The translations under genes were made by a program, and so were the position numbers. The notes under the pieces were generated by a model. The model was not told the DNA's origin. It saw only the letters and a list, made by a program, of their open reading frames with translations, and did no database searches. DNA of 44,496 bases from Candidatus Omnitrophota bacterium (GTDB lineage Bacteria > Omnitrophota > Gorgyraeia > Gygaellales > Profunditerraquicolaceae), in the NCBI GenBank assembly GCA_030691585.1, contig JAUYEC010000145.1:1-44496 (forward strand), in the 5' to 3' direction. Shown here piece by piece: positions 1 to 10,900 of the stretch (positions are counted from its first letter, which is position 1; each line of letters starts with the position of its first letter).

Positions 1-1
1 C

Positions 2-814
2 CCGGACACGCTGGTTATCGCCGTCAGCCAGTCCGGAGAGACAGCCGATACTTTGGCGGGTGTGCGCGAGGCCAAGGTTTATGGCGCTAGCGTGCTCTCT
101 ATTTGCAACGTCCTGGGCTCGACGCTTGCCAGAGAGTCGGATGGCGTTATCTATACTCACGCCGGGCCGGAAATTGGCGTTGCTTCCACTAAAGCCTATA
201 CAGCGCAGCTGGCCGCGTTTTATTTATTCGCTTTGTCTCTTGTCCAGATCCGGAATATCTTGCCTGCGGCCCAGGTCAATAAATATCTGGAACAGTTAGT
301 GAGCGTCCCCCGGAAGCAGAGCGCGGTCTTAAAGAAGCAAGACGTTATTGCCCGGCTTGCGCGCCGGCATTCGCATTTCGGTTCGTTTCTATTCTTAGGC
401 AGGAACGTTAATTATCCGTCCGCGCTGGAGGGTGCCTTAAAACTTAAAGAAATATCCTATATTCCTGCCGAAGGCTACGCTGCCGGCGAGATGAAACACG
501 GCCCCATTGCTCTTATTGATGAGTACCGGGGAGTGGTCTGCATCGCTCCGCAGTCCAAAATTTATGAAAAGATGGTCTCTAATATTCAGGAGATCCGCAG
601 CCGCCGCGGCAAGATCATTGCTATCGCCACAGAAGGTGATACTAAGATCAAAGAACTGACCCGGGAAGTAATATATGTGCCTGAAATCGAAGAACTTTTT
701 TCTCCTTTGATCGTGGCACTTCCTTTGCAATTGCTGGCCTATCACATCGCGGTCAAGCGCGGATGCGACGTGGACCAGCCGCGCAATCTGGCGAAGTCGG
801 TTACTGTAGAATAA
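2..814 (+). CDS. glmS: glutamine--fructose-6-phosphate aminotransferase (isomerising), C-terminal SIS-domain portion; 5' end outside window
   Basis: Frame 2 is open from base 2 (PDTLVIAVSQSGETADTLAGVREA...), containing the SIS-domain S-x-S-G-E-T motif. It ends with the family-typical C-terminus ...CDVDQPRNLAKSVTVE*. Track ORF 53..814 is the same frame. Confidence 0.93.
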   Translation, partial: PDTLVIAVSQSGETADTLAGVREAKVYGASVLSICNVLGSTLARESDGVIYTHAGPEIGVASTKAYTAQLAAFYLFALSLVQIRNILPAAQVNKYLEQLVSVPRKQSAVLKKQDVIARLARRHSHFGSFLFLGRNVNYPSALEGALKLKEISYIPAEGYAAGEMKHGPIALIDEYRGVVCIAPQSKIYEKMVSNIQEIRSRRGKIIAIATEGDTKIKELTREVIYVPEIEELFSPLIVALPLQLLAYHIAVKRGCDVDQPRNLAKSVTVE

Positions 815-823
815 AATAAATTC

Positions 824-854
824 TGTAGGGGCGGGTTTCAAACCCGCCCCTACA
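824..854. repeat. family-A REP-like palindrome (A1 subtype): TGTAGGGGCGGGTTTCAAACCCGCCCCTACA
   Basis: Read directly: 14-bp arms GTAGGGGCGGGTTT/AAACCCGCCCCTAC around a central C. It starts 10 nt after the glmS stop. Confidence 0.95.
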
Positions 855-874
855 ATTGAATGCATGGCAGATTT

Positions 875-932
875 TGTAGGGACAGGATAATATGCTGTCC
901 CTCGATGGACAGCATATTATGCTGTCCCTACA
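875..932. repeat. doublet of family-A palindromes (A4/A3 hybrid followed by a 5'-truncated A3)
   Basis: TGTAGGGACAGGATAATATGCTGTCCCTCGA followed by TGGACAGCATATTATGCTGTCCCTACA. The central base is A in the first and T in the second, so the two copies are in opposite orientation (REPIN-like pair). Confidence 0.9.
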
Positions 933-960
933 GTGAATCCGTATCGGGTACCATCAAAAA

Positions 961-1614
961 ATGCTTTATATCGTAGCTACCCCTATCGGCAACTTAAAAG
1001 ATATAACTCTGCGGGCGATAGAAACTCTTAAGTCCGTTGATCTGATCGCCTGCGAAGACACCCGCCACACAAAGATCCTCTTAGATGAATACGGCATCAA
1101 GACTTCCACCACCAGCTATTTTCAGCACAACCGTTTCGCTAAGGGCGAATATCTTTTGGGCCTGCTGAAGCAGGGTAAAAATATCGCCCTGGTTTCTGAT
1201 GCCGGCACGCCCGGCATACTTGACCCCGGATACCACTTGATCAACCTTGCGATAGAGCAAGATATCCCGGTTACCGCCATCCCCGGGCCAACCGCTTTTA
1301 TTGACGCGCTGGTTTTATCCGGCAAGCCCACGCATGATTTTATCTTTGCCGGTTTTCTGCCTAACCGCACCCTCGCACGGCAAAACTGCCTTAAAGAGTT
1401 GAGCAAGCAAAAGCGCACCATTGTCTTCTACGAATCCTACCACCGCATCCTTGCCACCCTGGAAGATATCCACAAGGTTTTTGCAGGCCGCGAAATCGTT
1501 GTTGCCAGGGAACTTACCAAGAAATTTGAAGAAATAAAGCGCGGCCCAGCCGAAGAAATCCTCTCTTCTTTCCAGCGCCAAAGCCCTCGCGGCGAGTTCG
1601 TAATCGTAATATAA
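961..1614 (+). CDS. rsmI: 16S rRNA (cytidine1402-2'-O)-methyltransferase
   Basis: The N-terminus MLYIVATPIGNLKDITLRAIETLKSVDLIACEDTRHT... and the later SDAGTPGILDPG are the tetrapyrrole-methylase-fold RsmI signature. The 217-aa length fits the short form. Confidence 0.85.
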   Translation: MLYIVATPIGNLKDITLRAIETLKSVDLIACEDTRHTKILLDEYGIKTSTTSYFQHNRFAKGEYLLGLLKQGKNIALVSDAGTPGILDPGYHLINLAIEQDIPVTAIPGPTAFIDALVLSGKPTHDFIFAGFLPNRTLARQNCLKELSKQKRTIVFYESYHRILATLEDIHKVFAGREIVVARELTKKFEEIKRGPAEEILSSFQRQSPRGEFVIVI

Positions 1615-1742
1615 AATCGTTTTAAAATGTCCAATTTGTATTAATTGGCTTTTATTGCCCAATTTTCATGCCCTGTCGGCATAATCGTACGGAATAAGCA
1701 ACCTCTGCCCCACAAAATGCAACCGCTTTCCCGAAACCCCTC

Positions 1743-1772
1743 TTAACCCCTTGAATTACCTTTATATATAAT
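1743..1772 (+). promoter_or_regulatory. candidate sigma70-type promoter upstream of the giant ORF
   Basis: TTAACC (1743-1748), an 18-nt spacer, then TATAAT (1767-1772), in an AT-rich tract containing two copies of TTTATATATAA (1761 and 1778). The -35 is weak, so the call is tentative. Confidence 0.25.
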
Positions 1773-1829
1773 GTAAATTTTATATATAACGGCTGATAAG
1801 CTAAAACGACTTTTAATGCGCAATTATCT

Positions 1830-1860
1830 TGTAGGGACAGGTTTGAAACCTGTCCCTACA
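1830..1860. repeat. family-A palindrome (A2 subtype): TGTAGGGACAGGTTTGAAACCTGTCCCTACA
   Basis: Perfect 14-bp arms around a central G. It ends 17 nt upstream of the giant ORF start codon. Confidence 0.95.
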
Positions 1861-1877
1861 GAAGAATCCAAAGTAAA

Positions 1878-1964
1878 ATGATTAAAATAACCGTCAGAAA
1901 AATCTATAAAATATTAACCATTCTACTCTGCTTTCTGCTTTGCTTTGAACAATCCGGTTTCGCC
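1878..1964 (+). other. Sec-type signal peptide of the giant protein (aa 1-29)
   Basis: MIKITVRKIYK (basic n-region), ILTILLCFLLCF (hydrophobic core), EQSGFA|QVAG (small-x-small cleavage context). Confidence 0.75.
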
Positions 1965-4900
1965 CAGGTTGCCGGGCAATTGGATATTTCCGGCTACCTC
2001 ACCCAGCTGCGGCAGTCCTGGACTACCGACAAATTCCGCCCCTTGCACCTGCGTTACCTTTCCTACGATAATCTGAATAATACTTTTAAGCTCCTTTTGG
2101 ATAAAGGAGATCAATCGAAAGATTCTGTAGGGACAGGTTTGAAACCTGTCCCTACAACAAACGGTGATAGCGCTCCTGTAGGGACAGAACATCGTTCTGT
2201 CCCTAACATCGAAACAGAGACCAAAACTCTGCTCAATTATTTCTTCATCGGCGTTTCCCTGCCCAACGACACATTCTGGGTCAATCTGCGGCCCGACTCG
2301 CCGGACAACATGATCGATCCGCTCCTTGCGTCAACTGACGTCGGTAAGATACTCTTGGAAGCCGACGTCCAGCTAAAGAAAGACACCGCTAAATGGACTT
2401 CTCCTGATTCCCCCGAAGGCAGAGAATACTGGGATAAATTATACCAAAAAGCCGGTGAAATCTTCGGCTCTGAAAATATCACTATTCCTACTCTTACCCG
2501 TCCCTGGATCGTGCCCGATGAAATCATTATCCGTGAATCAGATACCAATGCCTATATTTACAAAGCCACGCTCAAGGTAATGCTGGAGGAAGATTATCTC
2601 AACAACAACGGTAGGGACGGGTTTGAAACCCGCCCCTACAATTTTGATGATCCGCGTCTTAAAGAACTAAACGTCTATTCCTCCCAGCTTATTCGCGAAC
2701 TGATCATCCCCAAACTTACCAAAGAAATCAACATCTCCAAGCGTTACGCTCCCCTAAGGCAGGTTTATTATTCCCTGATCATGGCCCAGTGGTTCAAACA
2801 GAAATTCTATGGTTTGGGAGGATTATATTCCTCGCTGATTGACAAAAGAGACCTTTCCGGATTAACCTCTAAAGAACAATGGTCAAAAGACACCTACTTT
2901 GCTGCCTACCAGAAGTCCTTTAAAGACGGTGAATATAATTTTAAAGAGCCGGTGCGTACCCTTTTTGGCCAGAGTATCAGGAGTTATTTTTCCGGGGGGT
3001 GTGCTATAACCGGTGATTCTGTGGCTGCAGCTTATGCGACAGGAGGCAGGATAACGGCTGGCGCAAACAGAAGATTGCCGCCGGAATTAGCAAAGAACGG
3101 CCGGTTCGTTGATGGCAAGGGAGGAACGCCGGACGATCTTGCTCTAAGCGGGGCAAGCCCGTCCCAATCTGTCGCCGCGCCAAGCGCGCAGACGGCAATT
3201 AAGACGGCAACGCAGAATAAAGATGTCCGCTATTTTAAGTTAGGGGACGTGATTTGCGGCGCGTATGACCCGGTGGATGGCCAAATGTATTTTGATTTTG
3301 ACGCGATTAAAAAGGCATTACCTGATATAACAAAAGCCCAGGCAGTAAATTTACTCTATTTGCATGAAGCTTTTCATGAGGTAATCGACAGGGTAGGTAT
3401 TGTAATTGAAAACGAAGAAGCGCTGGTTAATGCTTTAGCTAAGGAGAAATTAAATATAACGTTGACGACGGAAGAAAACGGCGCATTAGCGGCCTGCCGC
3501 GGAGGAGAAGCATATAAACATTTACAAGGCGATGCTAAAGGCCTGCTTGATTATAAACCTTTCGCTGCAGAAAAGATCGGGACGTTTGAGGATCCGATCG
3601 GGGATTTTATGCTTAATCTGCAACGTATTCTGCCGGGCGCAGCTTTTAACAAAGTCCAGGCAGCTGTCTTTACGCAGGAATTTATTAAGAAGCTCGAAGG
3701 GCATGGAGCACGATTTAGGACGGCAACAATGGAGGCACCTGCCGATGAGGCAACATCAATAACCGGTACGGCCGCTGAGGAGATCGATGTTACTTCTTAC
3801 GCGGAATCCGCTAACGGCGCCAATGGTCAAGAGCCGCGTGATGGCGGAAGGCTAAAATTGCGCCCGCTTCGCGAAGACTTGTCAAAAATGAAATTGGAGG
3901 CAGATGACCTGCTGCCTGTCGGGCTAGGCGACTCAGGCGCAGATATTGCCATGCGTCAAAAGATAGCAAAAATAATGAACGGCCTGACGGTTAATATTGT
4001 GTTTGACCAGGCACGGGAAGAAGAAAAGTATGTATATGCGCAAGATGTGGGATCTGAATGGGTCAATAGCCAGGTTAAATCATTAGCCGCCCGGGATGAG
4101 GATATGTATAAGGTCGGGCGTGCCTTAGAAAGCGCGCTTGAACAAAATATACAATTTCAGATTGAAAAGAAAATTTTGAGCTATTGTCAGCAAAACAGCA
4201 GATTTTTGTCCCGCCAGCATCCATTGGTAGAGGCATTGCAGGCCTATTTGGACCGCACGGCTGATCCCGGCAAGCCAAAGGCCCGTTTATTTGTGGCAAT
4301 AGACGGAACCGAAGCCATGGGTTTTTCTTTCGGCAACAGCATTGTCGTGAATTTAGCCCTTATTGCAGCATTGGATACTATAGATGAAGCCGTAAGTGTG
4401 CTTTATCATGAACAGCAGCATCATGAAAGATATTGGGATCGCGGGTCCTTGGGCCGCGGTGGCGTGTTCGCCTTTATCAACGACATATCCAAGAGTAGGC
4501 TTCAGGAACATGAGGCTGACCTTGTCACGCCCGAAAAATTAGCCAGGGTCGGGCTTAATACTTCCGCTTTGTCAGATGCGTTGCTTAAAATAGCCGGGGT
4601 TCGTTCTCAACAGGATATGACGCACGGAAACGTCTCAAGAAGGGTCCTTGCGAACCTGATTTGGCACAAAAAAATAGATTTGGAAGGCGGGGTCACTGAC
4701 GGCAGGGCCCAAGTAAATATTCCCATGCCTTCTGACTGGAGGCCTGCCGAGATACTGCCAAATGTAAACGAAAGGCTATTGGCTGACGGTATGTCCGATT
4801 TCCGCCGCGCGGTTGCCGAGGCGCCGGTAGATATGCTGCTCGGTGTATTAAAAAGTTTGGTTGAAAAAACAGGCGCTGACAATATAGATAAACTTCTCTT

Positions 4901-7900
4901 TGTCATTTCTCATCTTGGTAAACAAGTATCTTCTGATGCAAGGAGAGCCGGATATTCACCGCGCCAGGCGGAATTAATGGCCCTGGCCTTATTAACAAAA
5001 GCCGGGGGAACGGATGATTGGCTGAAGCTCTATTTAGTCACTTTGGGCCGCGCGTCAGAAAGGATCAAGGAAATATTACGCAGGGCGGCTGTGTCTGCCT
5101 TGCAAGAAGTAAATGGCGATCCCCTGCTTGATAACCGCGGGGCGATGGCGGCAGGCCGCCAATTATTTAATGCCGACCTGAACCGCGCGGCCGATATTGC
5201 TGCCAGGGCATTTATTTATGATAGGAAAGTAAGACAGGGCCTGTTCGCGGACAGCCTTGAGGTGGCAGATGACGGTTATTTAATACCGGCCGCCTCAGAA
5301 CTATGGCAGCTTGCAAATCGCAGAAAGGCCGGGCAAAAAGAATTTTTTATGCAATACGCGCCTCTAATGACAGGTTGGTATGTGGATAATTTCTGGAACA
5401 ATCATCCTAATGACCATGCAAATTTTCTAGTTCTCGTCGCGCAGTTAAAAGCTGCGCACGCGCATTATCGGCAATTGGCCGATGTCAGCCAGCAGGAACT
5501 TATAGGCATGTATGATGTGGAAGTCAAGCTGAAAAGCAAGTTGCTAAACGACCCCAGTGCGTACGCTTATTCAATGAGGCTCGTCGAAATGGCCATACCA
5601 AACCATATAATAAGCGCGCAAGAGGCGATTGAAACGCTCTTTGAGATAAAAAATGAGGCTCTGGATATTTTGATAACTGCCCTGCGTGATAAAAACGAAG
5701 CGGCCTTTCTGCAATTATTGGCAAAACATCCCGATGCGCTGCTGAATAGTTTAGAGAATTGGCACCGTGAACGCAGGCTTGTCGAGCTTGGAGAGAATTC
5801 GCCTGAAATATGGAGCTGGCTGTATGAAACAGTGAAGAGCAATTGGCATAAGGATTCATTTGTGTTTCCTTCATCCATTCCGGATCCGGGCAAGAAGGGG
5901 CTCGATTTAGCGGATTCATTAGGCATACGTTACGCAATGGAGGGAAGAGATGACCCGATAACGCCCGATGCAAAAGTGCAGCCCGGATTAAGCAGGCTGT
6001 ATTATGCCATAGAGATAATCTGCTGGCTCAAGGTGCGCAGCTCGACAGAAAGGGCGCGCATGATAGAAGAATTTCTGGGGGGCCAAGAAGCCGTATCAGT
6101 CGTGAATTCCGCGCCCTGGATAGCCTTAGAATCTATTTTGAGATCGCTGGGCTCGGGCGGCTTCTCCAATGTCAATGCGCCTGATGATGAAACAAACGAA
6201 ATTCAAAAAGCATGCCGGGATAGAGTATTAAATACTTTGCCTTTTCTCCGCGTGAGAGATGGTTTATTGGTTTACCTGGCCGCGGCAGAAGATTTGAGAC
6301 AGGGTGGAAAAATATTCGGGAAGCTTTCGGAATCGTGGGATCTTTACGGACGAAGTTGGGGGAAAATTAAGGCGCAAGGCTTCTCGGAAGCCCATAATCG
6401 CTGGCTCGCGCCTGCCAACCGCGGTTACTGCGAATTGCTAAAAAGGGCATTATCTTCGCTGGATATTGCAAGCGAACCCGAGGAAGCAAGGAATTTTTAT
6501 TTTAAGCTAGCGGAATTCCTTCCCCCCGGCGCGGAAAGATCCGGTGTCTTGCGAGCCTATGCGATGCGTTTGGTAGAGCAGCTTCCTAGAGGCGAGCTGC
6601 ATTGGTTTTTGAACGAACTATCGCGTCAGGGCCAGATGGACAGGCAGATCTATGAACATTTTGTGCAGGTCAGGGTAAAAACATACAGGGAAGATTTCAG
6701 GGAATTTAAAAATTTCCTCAAACAGAACATAAATGAACTTGTTACAAGCGGCGACCTGAAGTTAAGCGGGTTAACCGCCCTAGACACGGTACTTGATCAA
6801 ATACTGAATGAAAATCTCGCCCGAGAGGTATTTGTTGCCATGCTCGGTTCCGGAAAGAATGATGCCGCTTTGCAGGCCCTGCTTGTGCCATATTGGTATC
6901 AGGCTATGGCCCACACGGAAGGTTTGGGATATTACATCATTAATAATAACGGGCGATTGGAGGTGGCCGGGGTAAACAAACCCAGGTTTGTCTCGTTTCC
7001 CCAATTCATGGATACGCTCTACAACATAAGCCCGGTTGTAAAGCTGATGATTTTGGAGAAATTACTCTTAAGCCCTAATGGATTATTACATCAATCTAAA
7101 GAGGCAGATGCCAATTATGGCAAAAAAGAGTTTGCCGCGGCTTTAGCCCAAAACTTGCCGCAAGATGGAGAATTGTCTGGATTGATAAGGGATGTTCTTT
7201 TTGCCTCAGGGGAATCACTGGAGGCAGAAGTGATGTTTTTGGCGTTAGCCAACCCTTTGCTTTCACAGTTTTTGCAAAGGCCCCCATCCGGGATTCGAAC
7301 GAACAACACCGAGTTAGCAGAAGCGATAAAAAATAACTTGAACAAGCACCATTCTTTTTCAGATAAAGTGCTGGCTGCGGTGGGGAGGCATGATATCAGC
7401 GCTTATGCGGATTTCCTGGACCGCTATAATAGCATTACTGCAACAAATGTTAAGGCAGGTTGGGAAACAGAAGCAGGTATAAGCTCGCTATATGATTCGC
7501 TAACGCAATCATTTGGCTTTCGGCCCACAGAAGCATCTTCCAAAGGCCCACAGGTATCCGCGGCAAGCGGCCCAATGAATATAATTGTTGAAGCCTGCCA
7601 AAGCTTAGGCCCTGTCGGCGTTAGGTTCTTGCAGGTTTTAGGGCAATATATGGACATACCTGAAGAATACCAGGAAAAATTCCGGGATATCTACGATTCT
7701 ACCAAGGGGCAGGATAAATTGATTGCCTTTAATACGCTAGACGCTTTATATTACGCTGCCATAGATCACCCGGAGAACCAGGAATTAGCGGAAATAAAAA
7801 AGTTTATAGATGAAGATCTTGTTTCTTTGGACAGCCAGATTGGAGGCGGTTCTATTGTGACCGTATTCTTAGTGACAGTGCGCGATCGTGATGCGTCCGG

Positions 7901-10900
7901 ACACATTTGCGAAACCACGCACCAGGAGGTTTTAAAAATAAGAAATCCCAACGCCGAGATGTGGGTGCGCCAGACGCAGGAACGGGCGTTGAAGATTGTT
8001 GATGTTCTGGAAAGACAGGCGCGCCAAAGAGGAGATTCGAAATCAAAGATTAAGCAATTTACGGTTGCAAGGAGAGTCTTGCGTGATATCGGAGAATGGG
8101 TTATCCAGGATATAAGAGACACAAGCTTTATGGAGTTGGACGCCCATTACAGCAAAGCGCATGAAGGTGCCGTCGCAACTAACGGTATGAAGGTAAGAGT
8201 ATCGCAAGCCAAACGGCCGAATAACAAAGATGTCAAGCGGGAATCTCTGGTTCCGGGTATAACCTTGAACAAGCTCTTAAAGTTGGCTTCATCGCCTAAG
8301 CCTATCGAGGAACTTATCAGGGAAGCGGACGACGCTTATACGTTAGAATTATTGCAGCAGGCAAAAAAAGAGGGGTTGGCCCCAGCTGAAATTTTAAAGC
8401 GCGCAACAGCCGCCGTAATAGAAGATTTTTCCCGCGGCCTGGCAGAACCAGCCTTTACGGAAAACGGCAGGGGAGTTTATTTGTTGCATTCAGACGTACA
8501 CTTTGGTAACGCTATTATCACGCCTGATCTTAAGGCGGTTTATTTAATTGACCGCAATCTTTATCTAAGGATGGATAAAGCAGATGTGGATTTTGTCCGT
8601 AAGATAGCCACGGGTAAGGCCTCGGATAAATTTGCTACACTGAGGGCGATCGTAGACTATTTCCTGGGTTTGCCGGAAAACAGGGGTTCGGTCCTTTTAT
8701 CAGGGTGGGGTTTTCTGCGCAGGTTTGGATTAGCAAGGGAAATAGGATTAAAAGTGCGGGCATCCGGATCGAGCAGCCCCTTTGTGACAATGATGATGGT
8801 CCTCCAGGAATTAGAATCGCGTAACGTAGTCATACCTTTACGGATGAGGATCATGTTTAAGAACCTCGCATCCATAAATGCGATGCTGGCTAAGACTGGA
8901 GCCGGTAATTTCAGTGATTATGTGAAGGCCGCTGAAAGAAATGCCCATGAGCCTCTGGCAGCAGGTAGTAGGATGCCCGAGAGGCTCTCCGCAGAGAGCG
9001 TTATTACCGACAAGCAGGAGCTTAGTCTTTTTGTTGTTCAACATGATATTAGCTGGACTCTCCGGCCCGATGAAGGCACACTGGGCATACAGGATATTAA
9101 AGATAGCAGATTGACTGCTTTATCCATGGCAGAAGACGGCGAAAGCGGGGACATTACCTATGACGGGAAAAGGCTCCATTTTTATAGGGTGAATAAAGAT
9201 GGGAAAGAGTTTTATCTTATTGTGACCGGTGGTATTGCCGAGCCGGATCCGCGACGCGTCCCCGGCGCGGCGGCGCAGGAGAGTAGAACACAAAGGGAGC
9301 AGCAACCGGATAAGCAGTTAGATCAAGATCCAAAGCCACAAATGACACGCCGGGCATTCTTACTAGGTGCGGCCGGCGCGACAACGGCCGCAGCATTAAT
9401 AGTGGCCGCGGGAAGATTGATTAAAGAAAAGAGATTGCCAGTTCCCCAGGACCAGGAATTATTAGATATTTTTAAACAAGGTGAGTCTTATTGGCGGACT
9501 ATTTCTGATGATCCCGAAAATGTCCCTCTTCCAGACCGGTTGGCCTTAGGAAAATTAATGTGGGAAATAGGGGAAACAGTCGATATCGGCTTCCGTCAGG
9601 AAACCGCGACGGGGGCTTATGACGGCGCAAGAAGGTTGTATTCTTCGCAGGAATTGCTAGATGCTGTTTTCGGTGTGCAGAGAGAGGCGTTGGATAGAGG
9701 GGATTTCGACAATGAGAAAAGAAAGATAAAGGAGCTGATTTTGTACCTGGCAGAACAAGTTTTTAGAAAGGAATTAAGGAATCCGCAAGGCTCGGGATCC
9801 GTTGCAAGTTCTATTGAAAGGGTTTTGGAGAAACTTGTGGAAATAGGAACTAATCCCGGTTCCTTTTTCCCGAGTCCAAATAGGGAGGTAATTAAAGAAG
9901 AAGTTAAGGGATTTTCTTTCTATCTGGAAGTTAAAAAGCGGTCTTATATTACCGGTCAATCCAAGACAGAAGAGGTAGTATCGGAAAAAGAGCAGCAAGA
10001 ACAAATCTTCCTAATGAAGGCCAGGCTTGCTTTTCAGTTGTATTATTATTTCCCTGCATTTAAAGAAGAAATATTGGGCAAAAGATTGATAAAAGTTAAT
10101 ATTCATTTAGCCGATAATATGGCGGATTTTGAGAGGATGGGCGCGGCAATGAATGGGGTAACTAATCCTTACGCATTTGAGGTAATAGAGGCGCCTGTCC
10201 ATGGGAGTTATTCAAAAGCCATGCGTAGTTTGAGTTTCCCTTTACGGTCCCTGTATTTAAGGCAATCCTTAGGGGATGACATCTCCTTACACGAGATGGG
10301 GCATTTGATAAGCTATATTTTAGGATGGGGGGATGAGAGGCAAGCGGAGAAGATAGCCAGGGCTATCTTGAAATTAAACAGTTCCGCATACAGAAAAGTA
10401 TTCCCCATTAAAAAAGGAAAGATTATCTTGCCAAAAGCGGATGATTACGGAAGCAGGGATTATTCTAAAAAAGATATAGAAATGGTCTATGCTCCTTATT
10501 CCCCCGACAAGGAAACTTTTGCTAATTTGTTTATGCTTTGCGAGATCGGCACGGATTTCCCCGAAATAGTTAATAGCGGCATTACCGAAAACGAGAGAGA
10601 CGGCGAAGAGGCAAAGGCAATATATTCAATTTTGTCCGCTTGGCGGCAATTCCTTTTAGAGCACGGGTACAAGGGAAATCCTCCATGGTTTAAAAAAGGA
10701 AAATCTTTGTCGGCTGAGGCTAATACAGCGGCTACTGCCGCTCGAATAACCTATGATGCACAGCAATTAAGGCAATCCTTGCAGGATGGCTCACTTGACT
10801 TGAGAGGAGTGGAAGGCAGCGGTATATCGGAAAAAGACCTGGAAGCATGGCGGGCACGCCAGGCACAAGGACAGCCTGCGGCGCAGACGCAAAACGTCCC

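Noticed and set aside
437-865. Minus-strand ORFs whose products contain VGAGLKPAPT, CRGGFQTRPY or similar (also 21047-21253, 29077-29328, 33506-33763, 33690-34094, 34317-34499, 40269-40520, 44233-44457).
   Set aside because: The shared peptide is just the translation of the family-A palindrome. The rest of each ORF is antisense to a real gene or is intergenic.
1668-1682. A small hairpin ATGCC-CTGTC-GGCAT after rsmI as a terminator.
   Set aside because: The stem is only 5 bp and no T-tract follows. The evidence is insufficient.
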